From positions 32,001 through 96,000 of the forward strand of contig CAXBMO010000002.1 of assembly GCA_963977015.1 (NCBI GenBank): 64,000 nucleotides of DNA, written 5' to 3'. The notes under the pieces were generated by a model that saw only the letters and a program-made list of their open reading frames with translations, was not told the DNA's origin and ran no database searches. Source of the stretch: an uncultured bacterium (lineage in GTDB: Bacteria; Verrucomicrobiota; Verrucomicrobiia; Verrucomicrobiales; DEV007). Positions 59,996 to 64,000 of this stretch are shown piece after piece. Numbering within the stretch: position 1 is the stretch's first letter; each line of letters starts with the position of its first letter. A program made the position numbers and the translations under genes.

Positions 59996-60982
59996 ATGGA
60001 AACCCGAAAGCTCCAGTTCGATAACCCCCATTTTCTTCAATCGCTGTTTGCCAACGATCTGGCGCTCCTGAAATCGCTTCAAAGTTCTGTGGGTGTACGA
60101 GTTACGACCCGTGACAACTGGTTGCAATTCGAAGGGGAACAAGAAGCTGTGGAGCAAGCTCAGGAGATTTTCCAAAATTTGGAAGCCGCCAGGCGAAAGG
60201 GATTGGAAATCAGCCCCCAGGCGTTTCGCTACGTCGTAAGATCCGTTGCAGGCCAGGATGATGAAATCCCTCTCGACAAGTTGGCGGAGGTAAAACTGCT
60301 CGGAACGCCCTCCAAACCGGCCGTTTCCCCGAAAACTGCGGGCCAGCTCCGCTACATCCAAGCCCTTCAAAGCGAAGAAGTTGTGTTTGGGCTTGGCCCC
60401 GCCGGAACCGGCAAGACCTATTTGGCGGTAGCTGCCGCCCTCCAGGCTCTCAAGGAGAAACAAGTGGATCGAATCATTCTGACGCGGCCCGCAGTCGAAG
60501 CAGGCGAAGCGCTGGGATTCCTTCCGGGAGACCTCAAAGAGAAGATTTTTCCGTATTTGCGCCCGCTTTACGATGCGATTCACGATGTTGCAGAAACCTA
60601 CGAGGTGGAACGTTGGATTGAACGCGACATGATCGAAATCGCCCCCCTTGCCTACATGAGGGGTCGAACGCTCAATAAAGCGGCGATTATTTTGGATGAA
60701 GCGCAGAATACGACCTGCGAGCAGATGTTTATGTTTCTGACACGCCTCGGGAACGGATCAAGATGTACGGTTACAGGAGACCCAACCCAGATTGATCTTA
60801 AAAGAGGCACCAAATCCGGCCTCCACGAGGCCATGGAGGCTCTCGAAAACACCGAAAGTGTCAAATTTTGTCAGCTCCAACAGAAGGATATCGCGAGGCA
60901 CCCCGTCGTGCAGCGAATCATCGGGGCATACAGCAAATATCGAGACGAAGCCGACCAACAACCAGGCTCCGCCAAGTCCTGA
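59996..60982 (+). CDS. phoH: PhoH-like ATPase
   Basis: GPAGTGKTYLA, RPAVEAGE.LGFLPGD, APLAYMRGRT, DEAQN and GD.TQIDL motifs. Confidence 0.95.
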   Translation: METRKLQFDNPHFLQSLFANDLALLKSLQSSVGVRVTTRDNWLQFEGEQEAVEQAQEIFQNLEAARRKGLEISPQAFRYVVRSVAGQDDEIPLDKLAEVKLLGTPSKPAVSPKTAGQLRYIQALQSEEVVFGLGPAGTGKTYLAVAAALQALKEKQVDRIILTRPAVEAGEALGFLPGDLKEKIFPYLRPLYDAIHDVAETYEVERWIERDMIEIAPLAYMRGRTLNKAAIILDEAQNTTCEQMFMFLTRLGNGSRCTVTGDPTQIDLKRGTKSGLHEAMEALENTESVKFCQLQQKDIARHPVVQRIIGAYSKYRDEADQQPGSAKS

Positions 60983-61047
60983 TCCGCCGCAGCCCGCCCA
61001 TTCTCAACAGAGCCCGCGCCCTCTCCTTGATTCCATCCTGATCCATC

Positions 61048-62778
61048 ATGCTTGAATTTTTATCCAGACTGCAGCTTGAACGTCGCGGTCTCTCCAATGT
61101 GAAGAGGAGGCGCACCGTGATTGAGAACGAATTCGTTCACAATCTTCAATATGGAGGAGGCCCACGCGCAATTCTGTTCCTGCTTTTCGCGTTGGCTTCC
61201 GTTCTGTTTATCCGCTATGCGCGGGATCCTGAGGCACTGTATCCCAGCGACGTGACGAGAATGGCCTTGGTCGTGGTCGTCATCATCGGGAGTTTTGCCG
61301 TTCACTATTATGTGAATCATACCGGCAATTTCTTGAGGAATAACCGGGTTCTCCTCACGATTGGTGTTCTTTTCTTCCACCTTTTCCTCCTAAAAATCGC
61401 CTTCACTCTGGGAGCTGCCGCAGGGACGGCCGCGGAGGCAACGGCAAGAGCAACCACGGAAGCAATCGCTCAACTGGATGGAGTCGCCAAAGTCTCTGAA
61501 GTCGCGCGAATTCCCTTTGAATATCTGTTCCCGGCCTACGCCTTCGCCCCGATGGTGATGTCGATTCTTCTCGGGCGGAACCACGGAACGCTGACCGCGA
61601 TTTACGCGAGTCTTCTTGGCGCAATGCTGGTTCCGGCGGATATGGCGTTCAATTTCATGGTGATGAGCCTCGTTTCGGGATTCGTGGCCGTTTATCTGAC
61701 CCACCAGGTGCGCCGACGAAGCAAAGTGATTCGGGCGGGCCTGTTCGTCGGAATCGCGACGACGATTCTGGCCATCGCGACTGGCGAAGTGATGATCCAA
61801 ACGGATTGGAAGACGATCGCCATTCAATGTGGAACGACGCTTTTGGCCGGAACGTTGATGGCAATGCTGATCAGCGGGTTATTGCCCATGCTGGAGAGCC
61901 TGTTTCGGATCACAACGGATGTTTCCTGGCTCGAAATGGCCGATCTCAACCATCCCCTGCTCCGTCGCCTGACCTACGAAGCACCCGGCACCTATCATCA
62001 CAGTCTCGTTGTCGCCAGGTTGAGCGAAGCCGCCGCCGACACGATTGGAGCCAATGGAATGCTTTGCCGGGTTGCGTCCTACTTCCACGACATCGGAAAA
62101 CTGACGAAACCGCAGTATTTCATCGAGAACATCGACAATGACGAGAATCCTCATGATGAGCTGACGCCGACGATGAGCGCGTTGATCATCATCGCTCACG
62201 TGAAAGACGGGGTCGATCTGGCGTTGAAACACCGGTTGAACAACGAAATCATCAGCGTGATCCGCGAACACCACGGAACCTCACTGGTTCAGTATTTTTA
62301 TGACCGGGCCCGCAAATTGCGGCGCGAGCAGAAGACCAAACAGGAGGAAGGAAAGGCGAAATCCGACGATTTACCGGCCGTTGAGGAGAAAAATTTCCGC
62401 TATCCCGGGCCGAAACCTCAAACTCGCGAAAGCGCGATTATCAGTCTCGCCGACAGCATCGAAAGTGCTTCACGGTCGCTCTCAAAGCCGAGTCCTCCGA
62501 AGATTGAGCAATTGATCGACGAGATCACCAAAAACCGGATTCGCGAAGGCCAACTCGATGAATGTGGTCTGACATTTGCCGATCTGTCGCAGGTCAAAGC
62601 CAGCTTTCTCTCAACGCTTTCCGGCATGTCGCATACCCGCGTGTCCTACAAGCAGGAGGGTGTCGATGAGAAGACGAGTGGCGATGGGGCCAAGCAACCT
62701 GCCGAGGGCAAGCCGGAGTTGAAAGTGGTCGAGAAAGACGACGCGGAAGGTTCGAAGCCGAAAAGCAATGTTGCCTGA
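61048..62778 (+). CDS. 7TM-HDIG phosphohydrolase (PgpH-like)
   Basis: About 8 TM segments; HPLL..L..EAPGTYHHS, HDIGK..P.YF.EN, HV.DG, EHHGT, FRYPGPKP and LADS.E motifs. Confidence 0.92.
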   Translation: MLEFLSRLQLERRGLSNVKRRRTVIENEFVHNLQYGGGPRAILFLLFALASVLFIRYARDPEALYPSDVTRMALVVVVIIGSFAVHYYVNHTGNFLRNNRVLLTIGVLFFHLFLLKIAFTLGAAAGTAAEATARATTEAIAQLDGVAKVSEVARIPFEYLFPAYAFAPMVMSILLGRNHGTLTAIYASLLGAMLVPADMAFNFMVMSLVSGFVAVYLTHQVRRRSKVIRAGLFVGIATTILAIATGEVMIQTDWKTIAIQCGTTLLAGTLMAMLISGLLPMLESLFRITTDVSWLEMADLNHPLLRRLTYEAPGTYHHSLVVARLSEAAADTIGANGMLCRVASYFHDIGKLTKPQYFIENIDNDENPHDELTPTMSALIIIAHVKDGVDLALKHRLNNEIISVIREHHGTSLVQYFYDRARKLRREQKTKQEEGKAKSDDLPAVEEKNFRYPGPKPQTRESAIISLADSIESASRSLSKPSPPKIEQLIDEITKNRIREGQLDECGLTFADLSQVKASFLSTLSGMSHTRVSYKQEGVDEKTSGDGAKQPAEGKPELKVVEKDDAEGSKPKSNVA

Positions 62779-63235
62779 GGAATCTTGGAGTCCGGGCTTC
62801 GAACTCAGTAACTGCCAAATCAATGTCGAGTTGGATACCGAGGTCCTCAGCTTGGCGATTCCTCGTGCTTTTTGCGAAGTGTCTCGATCGCCATCAGGCT
62901 CGGAACCAAGCTTGATGGCCAGCCTCGGGCACCTCGAAATCTCGATTCTCGATGATGCGGAAATCGCCCGAATCCACGACGAGCAAATGGGTGATCCAAC
63001 GGCGACGGATGTCATTACCTTTCAACACGGGGAACTACTGATTAGCGCCGATACCGCCCAGCGAGAGGCGATGAGCCGAAAATGGCCGGTCGAGCGCGAA
63101 CTGTTGCTCTATATCGTTCACGGTTTGCTTCACCTTCACGGTTACGATGATCTGACGCCTGATCTGCGTGAAGCAATGCACGCACAACAGGACGCAATTT
63201 TGGATCGCCTCTGGCCCCTGAAAGCCTCGGATTAG
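62768..63235 (+). CDS. ybeY: rRNA maturation endoribonuclease YbeY
   Basis: TDVITF, GEL.IS and HGLLHLHGYDD motifs; conserved phoH-HD-ybeY order. Confidence 0.92.
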   Translation: MLPEESWSPGFELSNCQINVELDTEVLSLAIPRAFCEVSRSPSGSEPSLMASLGHLEISILDDAEIARIHDEQMGDPTATDVITFQHGELLISADTAQREAMSRKWPVERELLLYIVHGLLHLHGYDDLTPDLREAMHAQQDAILDRLWPLKASD

Positions 63236-64000
63236 ATTCCGGCCAATTTCCGGGCGAATTGCAGCGTGTCGATGTCTTCGACCGTTTTGTCGTGGCGAAT
63301 CGCTTTGATCCTTGGAAATCGCATCGCGAGACCGGAATTGTGACGTTTGCTGGGATTGATTGAGTCGAACGCGATCTCCAGAACCACATTGGGTTCCACG
63401 GTTTGGCTGCGCCGTGATTTCGAAAGCGTGTGTTCCTGAAAATGCTCGGTCAGATCCTCGATCTCCCGATCGCTCAATCCGGTGTAAGCTTTCCCGATGA
63501 CAACGAGTTCACCCGTTTGCGTGTCGCGGACCGCAAACGTGTAATCGCTCAAAACATGGTTCCGCTTTCCATGCCCTTGCTCGACTTTGACGACGACACA
63601 ATCGAGAGTCGCCATCGGTTTCTTCAACTTGAGCCAGGAAAGACCACGACGGCCAGGGGAATAGGAGCTGGACGGATCCTTTGCAATCAGACCTTCGTTC
63701 TCGCGCTGGCGCGCGGCTTTGAATTCCGCTTCGATTTCGGTTTCAGAGCAGGCTTGCCGAACCGCGCAAACTTCAAATGGCCCCGTCATCTCCAGCGATT
63801 CAAGGAACTCCCGCCGCTCGCACAATGGCCGCTCCAGAAGTTCTTCGCCATTGAGCCAAAGCAGATCAAACGCGACGAAGCGAACCGGCACGCTTGCTCC
63901 CAGAAAGAGATCGCTGTCGTTGAGCCGTCCCAACCGCTTTTGAAGATCGAAAAACGTCAGCTTTTTCCCCTCCGCAAATGCAATGATTTCGCCATCCAGG
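63232..64000 (-). CDS. ATP-dependent DNA ligase, C-terminal part (continues beyond the window)
   Basis: The frame stays open to the window edge: LDGEII (motif III), FDLL, EGL.AK...S.Y.PGRRG..WLKLK, GKAYTGL and RFPR...R.DK. Confidence 0.93.
   Translation of the reverse strand, partial: LDGEIIAFAEGKKLTFFDLQKRLGRLNDSDLFLGASVPVRFVAFDLLWLNGEELLERPLCERREFLESLEMTGPFEVCAVRQACSETEIEAEFKAARQRENEGLIAKDPSSSYSPGRRGLSWLKLKKPMATLDCVVVKVEQGHGKRNHVLSDYTFAVRDTQTGELVVIGKAYTGLSDREIEDLTEHFQEHTLSKSRRSQTVEPNVVLEIAFDSINPSKRHNSGLAMRFPRIKAIRHDKTVEDIDTLQFARKLAGI

Overview
A 64-kb, gene-dense, moderately GC-rich bacterial chromosome segment, very probably from a free-living Verrucomicrobiota. This is inferred from a TIGR03790-like gene, a Verru_Chthon-type prepilin cassette, four Planctomycete-type cytochrome c/DUF1549-DUF1553 or DUF1592 genes, two DUF1501 genes and an ECF-FecR pair. 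Housekeeping genes present are rpoD, putA, recF, ygfZ, a cyclophilin, phoH-HDIG-ybeY, an ATP-dependent DNA ligase and an initiator tRNA-Met. The most notable observations are: (i) two tandem membrane-anchored nucleotide-pyrophosphatase-fold paralogues that have both lost the nucleophile and most Zn ligands; (ii) an MlaE/F/D-like operon whose ATPase lacks every canonical ABC motif; (iii) a voltage-gated channel with the TLEDWTD filter; (iv) a decayed islet at the tRNA-fMet, comprising a frameshifted tyrosine-integrase relic missed by the ORF track, an RHH gene and an atypical tRNA 3' end; (v) a five-gene pilin-like cassette plus a separate pilin-adhesin; (vi) a His/Cys-rich secreted protein under a Zur-like palindrome; and (vii) a candidate sRNA whose loop is complementary to ATGAAA start regions. 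No CRISPR array, rRNA or intact mobile element was seen. All family assignments come from motif recognition by eye; no database searches were run.
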